Source: an uncultured Candidatus Saccharibacteria bacterium (GTDB taxonomy: Bacteria; Patescibacteriota; Minisyncoccia; Minisyncoccales; GWA2-38-27). From it: 64,000 bases of DNA. The DNA is taken from NCBI GenBank assembly GCA_964394985.1, contig CAYMZK010000002.1, positions 22,349 to 86,348 of the forward strand, written 5' to 3'. Below the pieces are notes generated by a model. That model made no database searches. It worked only from the letters and a program-made list of their open reading frames with translations, and was not told where the DNA came from. The position numbers were made by a program, and so were the translations under genes. Below, piece by piece: positions 19,370-29,386 of the stretch; the first letter of the stretch is position 1, and each line of letters begins with the position of its first letter.

Positions 19370-20590
19370 TTAGATTTTTGCAATACCTTGCTTGAGTAGA
19401 TTAATATCTTTAGTAACGCAAATCCTCGACCAAGACCCCTCTTCTTCAGGATTCATACCAAAAACATCACATGGATAGATTGCTAGACCCTTTTTAATAA
19501 ATTCGAGAATCATTTCATCTGGCGACAGCGTTTTATAGTATCGAAAATACACGCTATTACCACAGTTTGGATGAATAACATCAACTACATTATCGTTATC
19601 TATTAACGCGTTGCATACTTCGCTGTTACTCACCTGCTGCAACTTTTTATTTGTATCAACGGTGTAGTAATAATTATCGATTTCTTCATTTGAAAACCAC
19701 TTTAGGTCTTCAAATTTTATTCCAGTGCGAGCATAGTAACGAAGAGCTATATCCACAAGAAAAATAAAATCTGCATTAATATTTCCAGAAAAATTTCTGA
19801 CAAGCTGGCTGTTAGAGAGATGCTCAATCAATCTACGGTCTCCGATATAATATCCCGTTCTCATACCTGTCATGCCGGGCATATCTTTTGATAAACCATA
19901 AAGTTTTGCATAATTTTGATATGACCCCTGTATGTGCGGAATGTGAGAAAAACAATAATCTTTATAGACCGTATCAAAATATATCTCATCACTAATAATA
20001 AACAAATTGCTTTCCTTGGATATAGCTAAAAGGTCTTTTGTCCAGTTTTCCGAGTAAATCTGGCACGTTGGGTTGTTAGGATTGGAAAAAAGTATAGCAG
20101 CAGTATTTTCGGTTATATTTTCTGATATTTGGTCTATAGTCACTTGATAATTATTCTCCCTTTTCGAATAAATCAGTTTTGGTATGCCTCCAGCATACTC
20201 TACTGAAGAATGAAAAATTGTATAATCTGGACTAAACAAAATTACTTCTCTTCTGTTCTTATTTTCTGGCAAATTAAGAACAGCTTCTATGGTTGGAAAA
20301 ATAATAGAACTAACGCCGCTACCGACAAATACTTCACTTTTGTCAGAGGAAATTCCCGTTATATTTTTTTCATAATCTAAGACTAGTTGTTTAAACCTTC
20401 TAATACCTCCGAAATCCGAATACGTTAGTGTGTGATGTTTAAACATCAGATCAATTGCTCTTTTGTATATCTTGGGCATTTTAAAAAACTTGGTGTCATA
20501 ATCCATGCTCTCAAGCCTAAGTAACTTCTTCCCATATTTTACGAAGAGGTCCTCATAGAAAAACATTCTTTTATACTTTAATTGTCTCAT
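19370..20590 (-). CDS. PLP-dependent aminotransferase (class I/II fold)
   Basis: YGLSKDMPGMTGMRTGYYIG contains the PLP-lysine region. The start was chosen at the TAATG overlap with the upstream stop. Confidence 0.75.
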   Translation of the reverse strand: MRQLKYKRMFFYEDLFVKYGKKLLRLESMDYDTKFFKMPKIYKRAIDLMFKHHTLTYSDFGGIRRFKQLVLDYEKNITGISSDKSEVFVGSGVSSIIFPTIEAVLNLPENKNRREVILFSPDYTIFHSSVEYAGGIPKLIYSKRENNYQVTIDQISENITENTAAILFSNPNNPTCQIYSENWTKDLLAISKESNLFIISDEIYFDTVYKDYCFSHIPHIQGSYQNYAKLYGLSKDMPGMTGMRTGYYIGDRRLIEHLSNSQLVRNFSGNINADFIFLVDIALRYYARTGIKFEDLKWFSNEEIDNYYYTVDTNKKLQQVSNSEVCNALIDNDNVVDVIHPNCGNSVYFRYYKTLSPDEMILEFIKKGLAIYPCDVFGMNPEEEGSWSRICVTKDINLLKQGIAKI

Positions 20591-21312
20591 TATATCTTTG
20601 TGGCATATAAAAAAGACCAATCCTCTCCATAGCTCGGTATGTAAACAGACGATTCTTTGATATCGGGAAAGTAATCTGATAGCGATTTCTTTAGAATATG
20701 TATTGCTGGTATATATTTGTTATCAACCTCTGTGGAACCAGCTTGTAAGATCACCCACCCTCCTATATTTAGATTTCTATGAATTTCGCGTAGCAACTTG
20801 TAATAGAAAGCTTTAAAATCATCTATCTCCTTTGTACCAACAGGAGTATCAGTAAGATCACATAAGATTGCATCGAATTTAGAATTATTATTTTTGAGAT
20901 ACAATAAGGCGTCACTAACTATAAAATTGATACTCTTATATGTCCGATCATTAGAGTGTATATATTGACCGGTAAGTTTTATAACATCTTCATCAATTTC
21001 AACAACTGTGATGTTAAGATGTGGGTGCTTTTTTGTCACGTGCATAGCGATGTATCCATCACCTCCGCCAAGAATCAAGATATTTTTATTATTGCCGTCC
21101 AATGGAAATAAAAAATGTGTATCATATAACTTATGATCTGTCTCGGCTGTTTGCATGCATCCATCTATAATCAAACATTTCCCAAACTCTAGCGTGTCTA
21201 AAATTTCTATTTGTTGGTATTTGCTTTTCTTATCACAAAGCGTTTCCAGTACATGAACAGGCATTGTGCTGCCGGTGGAAAAGACAGGAAGATTTATAAT
21301 CTTATTTTTCAT
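20590..21312 (-). CDS. Spermidine synthase-like aminopropyltransferase (stand-alone paralog)
   Basis: Motifs [19 protein letters not shown] and CDLTDTPVG. Confidence 0.7.
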   Translation of the reverse strand: MKNKIINLPVFSTGSTMPVHVLETLCDKKSKYQQIEILDTLEFGKCLIIDGCMQTAETDHKLYDTHFLFPLDGNNKNILILGGGDGYIAMHVTKKHPHLNITVVEIDEDVIKLTGQYIHSNDRTYKSINFIVSDALLYLKNNNSKFDAILCDLTDTPVGTKEIDDFKAFYYKLLREIHRNLNIGGWVILQAGSTEVDNKYIPAIHILKKSLSDYFPDIKESSVYIPSYGEDWSFLYATKI

Positions 21313-22573
21313 GATTATTTATCGAAAAGTTATTATGCAATAATTCTTTAACAAACCCCGGCAACGCAAACGATGCTCTGTGTATTTCTTCGTTATAATA
21401 ATGCAACTTATTTCGCTCTGAAAATTCTTTAGCATATTCGTAATTATAATTTTTTGCAGGATCTATAGCGTGTTTGGCACAAAGACAAAAACTCCATAAA
21501 CCAGAGGGATATGTTGGGATTGGAGCTAAAAATAGAGAAACCGTCTTAAACTTTTTGCGCAAATTTAAGTATGTATTCCTTAAAACGCTTGGATTATACC
21601 AAGAAGACCCATTTTGGAGTACTAAGATTCCATCATTTTTTAATACTCGATAAATATCTTTATAAAATTCACTGGTAAAAATACTAAGTGATGGGCCTAA
21701 TGGGTCTGTGCTATCCACGATAATTGTGTCATAAGTATCGTTGGTTAATTTTACATATTTTGCGGCATCTTGAATAATTAACTTTACCCTTTTATCGGCC
21801 AAAGAATCTGACCAAAAAGGAAGATGTGCTATGCTCGCTTTAATTACATCTTCATCAATTTCAACAACTGTGATTCTATTTATAAATTTGTGTTTTAGAA
21901 GCTGAACAACCACTCCTCCGTCGCCACCACCAACCACTAAAATATTTTGAGGGCTAGCGTGAGTTATTACCGGAATATGAGAAATCATTTCATGGTAAAT
22001 AAACTCATCTCTCTCACTTGTCATGATTGCACCATCAAGAACAAGTGTTTTGCCATATTCAAATGTATCGTAGACTTCAACAATTTGATATTCTGATTTT
22101 TTTTTGAATAGCGGAAATCCCTTATGCCTTAATGAATACAATACATTATTATGCCTTTCTGTAACCCAGCGATCATTCCTTAAGATTGACTTAGAAGAAA
22201 AACCGTCATTTAAGTGTTTTAAACGTTGGTCTCCTCGCGATATTTCCATTGTTAAAACATCGCCGGCGCGTAAGACAACTTTTAGGTAATCAAAAGCATC
22301 CCAAGGATTGACGTTTTCTCCGCAAGTGAAAATATCAACTGCCGCGTATTTATATTCAGGCCACGTATGTATAGACAGGTGACTCTCTTTTATAACCACC
22401 ATGCCTGATACACCAAGTGGAGGGAAGTGATGGAACATTGAATTTACAACGGTGGCATTTGCTATCTCGGCAGCTTTAGCCATAACGCTCTCGATATAAG
22501 CAACATTGCACAATTTTTCCTCTGAGCAATCATATAATTCAATTAAAATGTGTTTGCCTAACTTTTCTTGCAT
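21302..22573 (-). CDS. Fusion of S-adenosylmethionine decarboxylase proenzyme (SpeH/SpeD-type) and spermidine synthase (SpeE-type)
   Basis: N-terminal [27 protein letters not shown] is the pyruvoyl AdoMetDC signature. C-terminal motifs are [18 protein letters not shown] and VDSTDPLGP. The start was moved to Met23 (MQEKLGKH), 4 nt after the upstream stop. Confidence 0.8.
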   Translation of the reverse strand: MQEKLGKHILIELYDCSEEKLCNVAYIESVMAKAAEIANATVVNSMFHHFPPLGVSGMVVIKESHLSIHTWPEYKYAAVDIFTCGENVNPWDAFDYLKVVLRAGDVLTMEISRGDQRLKHLNDGFSSKSILRNDRWVTERHNNVLYSLRHKGFPLFKKKSEYQIVEVYDTFEYGKTLVLDGAIMTSERDEFIYHEMISHIPVITHASPQNILVVGGGDGGVVVQLLKHKFINRITVVEIDEDVIKASIAHLPFWSDSLADKRVKLIIQDAAKYVKLTNDTYDTIIVDSTDPLGPSLSIFTSEFYKDIYRVLKNDGILVLQNGSSWYNPSVLRNTYLNLRKKFKTVSLFLAPIPTYPSGLWSFCLCAKHAIDPAKNYNYEYAKEFSERNKLHYYNEEIHRASFALPGFVKELLHNNFSINNHEK

Positions 22574-22577
22574 AAAA

Positions 22578-23498
22578 TTATGTGAATTTAGATGTGATTG
22601 GTCGAGACTGCAAAATATAAATATTATTTTCTTTGGCACACCACTCTATATCCATCGGTCCCCGGAAAATTTTCTCAACTTTTTTTGCGATTTTTGACAA
22701 GGATATTATCTGTTCGCCCGTGAGTTTTTGTTCTTTCCATTTACGATTGGGTACTTTGCGCAATCTTCCGTTAAAGAATCTCAATTTGTGCTTTTGTGCG
22801 TTAAAATAAACTTCCAGAATGATGTTACCGTTTTTCTCTACAAGATATCTGTCCGGAGTTGCCTGTCCTTGAACTAAGCGTTCACCTATTCCATGAACAG
22901 CCTCTATAATAAGTTCTTTGGAGTCTTCTTTATAAATATTCTCTGTAAAACAAACGCCGGAAACACTCGCATCAATCGCTTCCTGTATCAAGACAGCCAT
23001 TTTGATTTTCTTGATATCCTCAGGTCTTTTTAAATACTTGATTATTCTTTCAGAAAATACAGAAGCCCACACTTTTTTAATGTACCTCTCTATATCTTTA
23101 TATTCGACACCGATAAAGCTTTCAAATTCTCCAGCCCAAGACTTTGTCAAAGCATCTTCTGTGTTGGCAGATGATCTAACCGCCCAGCTTTTGACACCAA
23201 TATTTTTAAGTCCCACTAATTCGTCTTTTAGTTTGCTGTCAATTTTTTGGTTTTCTATTTTACTTCTAATTTTTGCCAGCACCTCAGGCAGCCCGTTATC
23301 TTGGCTGGCAAAGATTAACTCAATTTCATCTTTTAAATCGGCCCTGCCAATATGTTGTACAAAAAAATCCGAGTCTAGAGCAAAGCTTTTCGGAATAAGA
23401 ATGTCGTTTTTTGACATTTCAATAAAGGGCGCGCTTTTTCCACCAACTTTGTCACGAGAAAGAGAAGCGCTTTTTTTATTTAAAGAATATATTTTCAT
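22578..23498 (-). CDS. PEP/pyruvate-binding (PPDK_N, ATP-grasp) domain protein
   Basis: Motifs VGGKSA and [22 protein letters not shown]. The start at MKIYSL lies 1 nt after the upstream stop. Confidence 0.75.
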   Translation of the reverse strand: MKIYSLNKKSASLSRDKVGGKSAPFIEMSKNDILIPKSFALDSDFFVQHIGRADLKDEIELIFASQDNGLPEVLAKIRSKIENQKIDSKLKDELVGLKNIGVKSWAVRSSANTEDALTKSWAGEFESFIGVEYKDIERYIKKVWASVFSERIIKYLKRPEDIKKIKMAVLIQEAIDASVSGVCFTENIYKEDSKELIIEAVHGIGERLVQGQATPDRYLVEKNGNIILEVYFNAQKHKLRFFNGRLRKVPNRKWKEQKLTGEQIISLSKIAKKVEKIFRGPMDIEWCAKENNIYILQSRPITSKFT

Positions 23499-23499
23499 A

Positions 23500-24675
23500 T
23501 TATGATATTTTCTTAGCAATCCCATTACGGGCATCTAATAAAATTCGTTCTCCGTCTTTAAAAAATTTTGTTGCCGTCTTAGTGCCCACAAGGCAAGGTA
23601 TTTTATACTCTCTACTCACTAAGGCGGCGTGGGACATTAACCCACCTTCATCTGTAATTATTCCGCTCACTTTTGAAAAACCAATGGTCAAATCAGGAGA
23701 TGTCATTGGAGCGATTATTATATCTCCTTTTTTTAAAGAAGAAAAGAATTTTTCGTAATCACTCTTGCTAAATAATAGCGACGCGATTTTTGCTCTGCCT
23801 TTAATTTTGCCAGGGTACGCAACTGTTCCGCCAATCTCTTTTTTCTTCGTGTTCTCGTTTTTCTCAATGGCATTTATCTGTTTAAGGCTCAAGTTTTCAA
23901 GAAAGGTCTTGCCATTTTTTACTAAAACCTTGATCCCAAAGATTTTGCTTCTTGCATTTAGCTTATGCGTATCAATTTTGACATTCATAGACAATAACTT
24001 TCTCAATTCATCTAAAGACATGTTGGATATTTGAGATACCGCATAGTTAGTCCTTACGGCGGTTTCCTTTAAGAGTATTTCGGTATCCTCTAATAAATTT
24101 TCTATGATTTTTTTTGCTTCAAATCTTATTTTTGAAATACTATTGACCAAATCAAAGTCATCCTCATACTTTTGCAGACCGTATTCTTTGATTTTTGTTT
24201 TTTTTGACGACAATATCTCAGCCAACAAAACATCCGTGGATTTTCTAGAATTAACTCTTTTGGAGACAATTTTCTTGATATTATTCTCGACATGTTTTAA
24301 CAAATGAGGTTCTGTAAATCGATATATCTCAATGTATTCGCCATAGAGTTTAATTAAATCATTATACAAGCTAAAAATACCATCATTTGATAACTCTTTT
24401 ATGTTTAAACTAACAAATGTTTTATGAAAAATGTTTATCTTTTTTTTGATTACCGAAAAGTCTTTTTTTGTTTCCAATAATGCTTCTGGGTTTTTAATTA
24501 AATTATTAGTCAGGATCAGCGCCTTTTTGATTTCTCTGTTTGTCGCATAAGCAGAGAGCACACCGCCATGATATATTAAATACCCACTATCAAAAAAATA
24601 GTGTTTTCCTGTTGTCTCTGTTGCCCACAGGTAGTCTAAGTAATTTTCTCTCCATAGAAAGATGCCGCTTTTCAT
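23500..24675 (-). CDS. Protein with a C-terminal PEP-utilising-enzyme mobile (phosphohistidine swivel) domain
   Basis: The C-terminus reads MTSPDLTIGFSKVSGIITDEGGLMSHAALVSREYKIPCLVG. No motif was recognised in the N-terminal ~290 aa. Confidence 0.75.
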   Translation of the reverse strand: MKSGIFLWRENYLDYLWATETTGKHYFFDSGYLIYHGGVLSAYATNREIKKALILTNNLIKNPEALLETKKDFSVIKKKINIFHKTFVSLNIKELSNDGIFSLYNDLIKLYGEYIEIYRFTEPHLLKHVENNIKKIVSKRVNSRKSTDVLLAEILSSKKTKIKEYGLQKYEDDFDLVNSISKIRFEAKKIIENLLEDTEILLKETAVRTNYAVSQISNMSLDELRKLLSMNVKIDTHKLNARSKIFGIKVLVKNGKTFLENLSLKQINAIEKNENTKKKEIGGTVAYPGKIKGRAKIASLLFSKSDYEKFFSSLKKGDIIIAPMTSPDLTIGFSKVSGIITDEGGLMSHAALVSREYKIPCLVGTKTATKFFKDGERILLDARNGIAKKIS

Positions 24676-25799
24676 ATCGTTTTATAGAATTTAAACAATA
24701 ATTTTTTGTTTCGTATCATGTGCATTAACTCAAAACTGTAATCAATAAAACTGTTTTTAATTTTTTCTTGTTTTTCTTTCGTAATACTAACATTTAAAAA
24801 TATTTTAAGCAAATACTTTGATTCGTTTATTTTAATAATGTCGACTTTGATAAAAAATTCTCCCCCCAAGATCAGATTCACTATCTTTTTTATTTCATCA
24901 ACCTCGATTCTATATCCCTCATGAAGATCAACGGTTAATTTTAATCTTCTGTCCACCCATATTCGAGGGTGAGATAATCCGCATTTACATTTATCGTACG
25001 ATATTCTACACCTGTCTCCAGACAGATATTTGATTATTTGAGTACCTTCCGGATTAGTGTTTAGGGTAGTGATTACTAATTCCCCCCATTCATTTTTACC
25101 CAAATCTTGTCTTGTTATTGGATCAACAATATCTAGCTTAATTTTTTTTCCATTAAAATGGTACCCATCATGCTGGCTGCATTCGGTGCCAATCACAGCC
25201 TCAGTTAGACCATAAGCGTCATAGACTTCACCGCCATAAATAGCCTCTATTGATTTTCTGTCTTTGTCACTTAATTTTTCTCCGGTCGTTTCAATTATAC
25301 GAAAATTATAATTAACAACAGCGTCCTTAATTTCTAATAACACCGAAGGTAAAGAGGATATTATCGTGGGTCTGATTGTTTCAATTATTTCTTTAATTTT
25401 TTGCAAAGGTAAATCGTTATCAACTGGAACTACTATATTGCCCGCCTTTATATGGCCAATATTTGTTATATAACCAACGCCCCAAAAGGAATGATCCATT
25501 AAAACTATAACTGTTTCATTTTTTATGGCTTTTTCCACGCTACAAAACCATTTTATATAGTCAGAAAAATACTCAATATCGCTGTCGCTATAATAGATTG
25601 CCTTTGGGTTCGAAGTAGTTCCGCTAGTAAAAAATACAGTGCTCCCGTTGACCTTCTGATCAGCGTATACTGATTGGATTTCTGAAGAATCAATAAAGGG
25701 TAATCTATTAAAATTAAAATTCTTTACCTTTTTATATCTATCAGAATAGAAGGGTTTCCTTTTTGCGGTAGCAATAACTTTTTTTAGATTATCTTTCAT
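24672..25799 (-). CDS. Adenylate-forming enzyme (phenylacetate-CoA ligase / F390 synthetase / CapK-like)
   Basis: Motifs FFTSGTTSNPK, YGLTE and YLSGDRCRISYDKCKCG. The start is uncertain (Met42 or Met47 of the ORF). ATGA overlap with the downstream gene. Confidence 0.75.
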   Translation of the reverse strand: MKDNLKKVIATAKRKPFYSDRYKKVKNFNFNRLPFIDSSEIQSVYADQKVNGSTVFFTSGTTSNPKAIYYSDSDIEYFSDYIKWFCSVEKAIKNETVIVLMDHSFWGVGYITNIGHIKAGNIVVPVDNDLPLQKIKEIIETIRPTIISSLPSVLLEIKDAVVNYNFRIIETTGEKLSDKDRKSIEAIYGGEVYDAYGLTEAVIGTECSQHDGYHFNGKKIKLDIVDPITRQDLGKNEWGELVITTLNTNPEGTQIIKYLSGDRCRISYDKCKCGLSHPRIWVDRRLKLTVDLHEGYRIEVDEIKKIVNLILGGEFFIKVDIIKINESKYLLKIFLNVSITKEKQEKIKNSFIDYSFELMHMIRNKKLLFKFYKTI

Positions 25800-27009
25800 A
25801 GCTCCTTTGATCATCGACTGATAGAAGTATTTTAGTTCCCCTATAAGAAGATTTAAAGTTCTTAACCTCAAACTTAATAAATCCTTGTGCACATACATCT
25901 GAAAAATCCAACGACATGTTTTGCAAATTTTGGGCAATCTCTTTCAGTGAAGTCTGGTCCATTTTTTTATCTGTTCCAATATTGAATATGATGTTGTCTC
26001 GACCAGGATCACCGTCAAATATACTAACCTTGCATTCCTTAATGTGCACACTCATTTTTTTAAAAGACTCTATAATCTGGTATGGGAAAACAGTAACGGC
26101 ACCGGAAAGGTTAAATACGTTCTTTTCTCGACCATCTAGAAAAACCTGTGGCAGCGCGGTACCACATTCGCAACTTATATTTTTAATCCGCCCTAAGTCG
26201 CCCATGGAATATCTATAAATTGGAACAATATCAGAATCGTAAACTGTAAATAATAAAGCATGATCCTTATTTGTATCTATTTTAACATAGTCGGGGTTAT
26301 AGTGATACCCTCTCGAAAACTCACATTTATACCCTATAAAAGCTTCGGAAGAAGCATAAGTAGAAAAAGATTTTGCCCCGATTATATTATAAATCTTATC
26401 TCGAATATGGTCGGGCATAAATTCCCCAGACGTAATAACTTTTTCTAATTTTAATTTTAACTCATTCTTTTCCAGGAGAAAAATAAACATGCTCATAAAA
26501 CTTGGTGTTGTTATAATTGTATCTATTTGGTGCTTCTTTATTATAGAAAATAAAGCAATAATTTCGTGCTCATCTTTTAGTAAACCCAGGGGGAAGGCCG
26601 TACTGCCAATTAGCTTTACCGCTTCATATGTAGAAGGTCCTGCCACCCAAGGTCCAAAAGGAAGCAATATTGCTACCTTATTGCGTTTCTTAAGCCCAAT
26701 CTTTTTATAACAGTTGGCTCGATATAAGGCTCTTTTATAAATTTCCTTGATAGAAAGTGGTATCATTTTTGGCTGACCAGTAGTTCCCCCCGAAAAGTAA
26801 AAGAAAGATGCTTTATGTTTGGTATTGCTTAAAAAATCTTTGACATTAGCCCTATCAAAGAGATCTTTATTGGAGGATAAAAGTCTCAACCCATTCTTTC
26901 TAATTTTATTTCTATAATAGGAGGTCTTTAGAACCTTCACTAGCATTTTTAGATTATTAAATCTTTTCTTGCTTACGTTTATAACCTTATTATTTTTTGT
27001 GTCTAACAT
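25789..27009 (-). CDS. Adenylate-forming enzyme (PaaK/F390 synthetase-like), second paralog
   Basis: Motifs FYFSGGTTGQPK and YSMGDLGRIKNISCECG. Confidence 0.75.
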   Translation of the reverse strand: MLDTKNNKVINVSKKRFNNLKMLVKVLKTSYYRNKIRKNGLRLLSSNKDLFDRANVKDFLSNTKHKASFFYFSGGTTGQPKMIPLSIKEIYKRALYRANCYKKIGLKKRNKVAILLPFGPWVAGPSTYEAVKLIGSTAFPLGLLKDEHEIIALFSIIKKHQIDTIITTPSFMSMFIFLLEKNELKLKLEKVITSGEFMPDHIRDKIYNIIGAKSFSTYASSEAFIGYKCEFSRGYHYNPDYVKIDTNKDHALLFTVYDSDIVPIYRYSMGDLGRIKNISCECGTALPQVFLDGREKNVFNLSGAVTVFPYQIIESFKKMSVHIKECKVSIFDGDPGRDNIIFNIGTDKKMDQTSLKEIAQNLQNMSLDFSDVCAQGFIKFEVKNFKSSYRGTKILLSVDDQRSYER

Positions 27010-27189
27010 AAAAATTGCAAAGATTATTTACATCTGTTATTATTAGTATGTACAATTTTATTCATTTAGTCAAAGAAAATTAGGGAAGGGAGTTCCTTAC
27101 TGTCGCCCACGCATAGTTGGTATGGGGCAAGAGGGAAATAGCAGAAATAGCAGAAATAGAGTCAGCCACCATTCTTTCGCCCACCCACT

Positions 27190-27768
27190 CTACGGAGAGT
27201 ATGAACTTTTATGTTTTATTGATCTTAACATCAGTTCTGGTTTACCAATATTTAATTCTTTTCCTAGTTTTATATCTAATAATTTAAGAAAGTTTCTAAT
27301 TTCTTCTTTAGCTCTACTTATGTCTTTTTCTTTAACAACCAACCTTTCAACTTCTAAAAATATTCCTAGGTTTTTTACATCCTCAAGAACAATCTCATAT
27401 TTATCTGTTAAAAAAGTGTGTTTCTTGTTTTCTATTTTAATCAATTTTTTAAATCCTAAATATTTTAATATTTGCATGCCTTGCTTAAAACTAGATAATT
27501 CTACTTCGTGTCCATCAGAATATAACCAAATTCCAGCGCTATCAAAACGATCAATTTTATAAGCAAGGAAGTTCTTTTTATTCTTTTTTCTCAATCTAAA
27601 ACATTTATCCAAGTTACCGGATTTATTAGGCTTAAGATCGTTTCTCAGGGGATCATAAAAATAGATATCCAAAACCTCTTTAGATCCTAAAAATTTAAAC
27701 TCCTTTAAGGCTTTTAATGCTTTTGATTTTTTATCTAAAACTTTAACCAAGATCTCTACTTCTTTCAT
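27190..27768 (-). CDS. CYTH-domain protein (class IV adenylate cyclase / triphosphatase fold)
   Basis: N-terminal KEVEILVKV resembles the CyaB-type EVEIK start. The start codon lies 1 nt after the kinase stop. Confidence 0.55.
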   Translation of the reverse strand: MKEVEILVKVLDKKSKALKALKEFKFLGSKEVLDIYFYDPLRNDLKPNKSGNLDKCFRLRKKNKKNFLAYKIDRFDSAGIWLYSDGHEVELSSFKQGMQILKYLGFKKLIKIENKKHTFLTDKYEIVLEDVKNLGIFLEVERLVVKEKDISRAKEEIRNFLKLLDIKLGKELNIGKPELMLRSIKHKSSYSP

Positions 27769-27769
27769 G

Positions 27770-29386
27770 TTATTTCAATTCAATAAAGAAGGTGGTTCCT
27801 TTACCTTTGCCCTCAGATTCCGCCCAAATTTTACCATTATGAGCTTTTATAATATGTCCGGTTACATAAACGCCAATCCCCCTACCAAGACCATGAACCT
27901 TGCTAGCTTCTTTTCCTCTTTTAAAGGCAGATTTAAATAGCACCTTTGCTTTTTCCGGATCTAATCCAATCCCCGTATCTTTAACCGAAAGTAGCGCTCC
28001 TTTACTTTTAGCTTTTTGTAAGGTTACCGAAACACTTCCTTCTTTAGTGTATTTGATAGCATTATCAATAATGTTAAACAAAGCTACTTTTAATTTTTCT
28101 GGGTCAGCTTTAATTTCTGGAACACTGCCAATCTTCTTATAGGTTAAATCTATGCCTCTATTTTTTGCCTCAAAATGAAGTTCTTCCATTACTTCTTCAA
28201 TTAAGTCTTCAAATTTAATTCCAGATTGTAAACTAACGACCTCTTTGCCCATCTGAAATTGAGAAATATCCAACAAAGCGTTAACTACTCTAATTAATCT
28301 TCTAGTTGAAATTTGAAATTTTGTTAATGGTTCTTTTAATTTTTTTGGAATTTTTCCATAAGTTCCACCAAACATTAAATCAAGATAGCCAATCATAGAT
28401 GTTAGGGGAGTCCGCAAATGATGTTGGGTGGCCATAATAAACTGGGTTTTGGCTTCAGTAATCTTTTCAATTTCCTTTCTCGCTTTCTTCTCCAACTTAT
28501 ACGCCCTCTGAACCTTCTCATTCAAAACCTGCAACTGCTCTCTATGCTCCACCTCTTTAATTACGCTTCTAATCAATAATATTCCAAATAAAACAACTGC
28601 AATCAATAATCCTCCATTTATAAAATAGTCTTTTAATTCTTCCGATAATAAAACTCTAGCTAGCAAGAAAATCCAAATTGCAAAAGTAAGCAACTCCGTT
28701 GCAATAACTTTAATATCAAACAAATGATGCCTTAGAGCAGCATAGCTAATAAAAATAACATATAGTATTACTAGATAGTTTCCAAACGGATATATATTAC
28801 TAGAAAATATTTGAGGAAAAAAGTTAGTCACGCCCCCACCAAAACCAAATAAAATTGCTACTAGCAAGTAGTTAATTTGACCCTTTTTTGTTCCCGAAGC
28901 ATTTTTTCTAGAAGAAAATAATATGTATGTAGTGCGAAAAATATAAAGTATAAAAAAGGCAAAAAAAGAATAATAAATTGAGCCAGGCTCAATCCAATAA
29001 TTAAAGTTTGTAATAGGGGGCACCCCTTTTACAAATAAATCTGTAAATAAATTAAAAACAACCAAAAAAGTAAAAGCAAAAAGGTAGCCAACTACAATAA
29101 ATAATTTTTCTTTTTCATTTTTATTTAACACCGAAACAACAAAATGATAAAAAAATATAGGTATAAAGATTGCTCCTATATTTAATATCTTGTTCCAAAA
29201 AAAAGCTAAATTATAATTAGGAGACGAGACCTCCATGCCTAAAGAAAATGCCCAAATTCCAATAGCCAAAGTAGTTAAAAACCACAATATATTTATTTTT
29301 TCTTTATAATTTTTAAAAAGCACAAATAGACCCATAAAGATACTGGCTCCGGCTGTAAGAAATGAAGATATGACAAATAAAGACAT
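27770..29386 (-). CDS. Sensor histidine kinase with a multi-TM N-terminal domain
   Basis: 538 aa with about 7 TM helices, an H-box (ATQHHLRTPLTSM) and an HATPase_c domain (DNAIKYT, DTGIGL, GLGRGIG). Confidence 0.9.
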   Translation of the reverse strand: MSLFVISSFLTAGASIFMGLFVLFKNYKEKINILWFLTTLAIGIWAFSLGMEVSSPNYNLAFFWNKILNIGAIFIPIFFYHFVVSVLNKNEKEKLFIVVGYLFAFTFLVVFNLFTDLFVKGVPPITNFNYWIEPGSIYYSFFAFFILYIFRTTYILFSSRKNASGTKKGQINYLLVAILFGFGGGVTNFFPQIFSSNIYPFGNYLVILYVIFISYAALRHHLFDIKVIATELLTFAIWIFLLARVLLSEELKDYFINGGLLIAVVLFGILLIRSVIKEVEHREQLQVLNEKVQRAYKLEKKARKEIEKITEAKTQFIMATQHHLRTPLTSMIGYLDLMFGGTYGKIPKKLKEPLTKFQISTRRLIRVVNALLDISQFQMGKEVVSLQSGIKFEDLIEEVMEELHFEAKNRGIDLTYKKIGSVPEIKADPEKLKVALFNIIDNAIKYTKEGSVSVTLQKAKSKGALLSVKDTGIGLDPEKAKVLFKSAFKRGKEASKVHGLGRGIGVYVTGHIIKAHNGKIWAESEGKGKGTTFFIELK

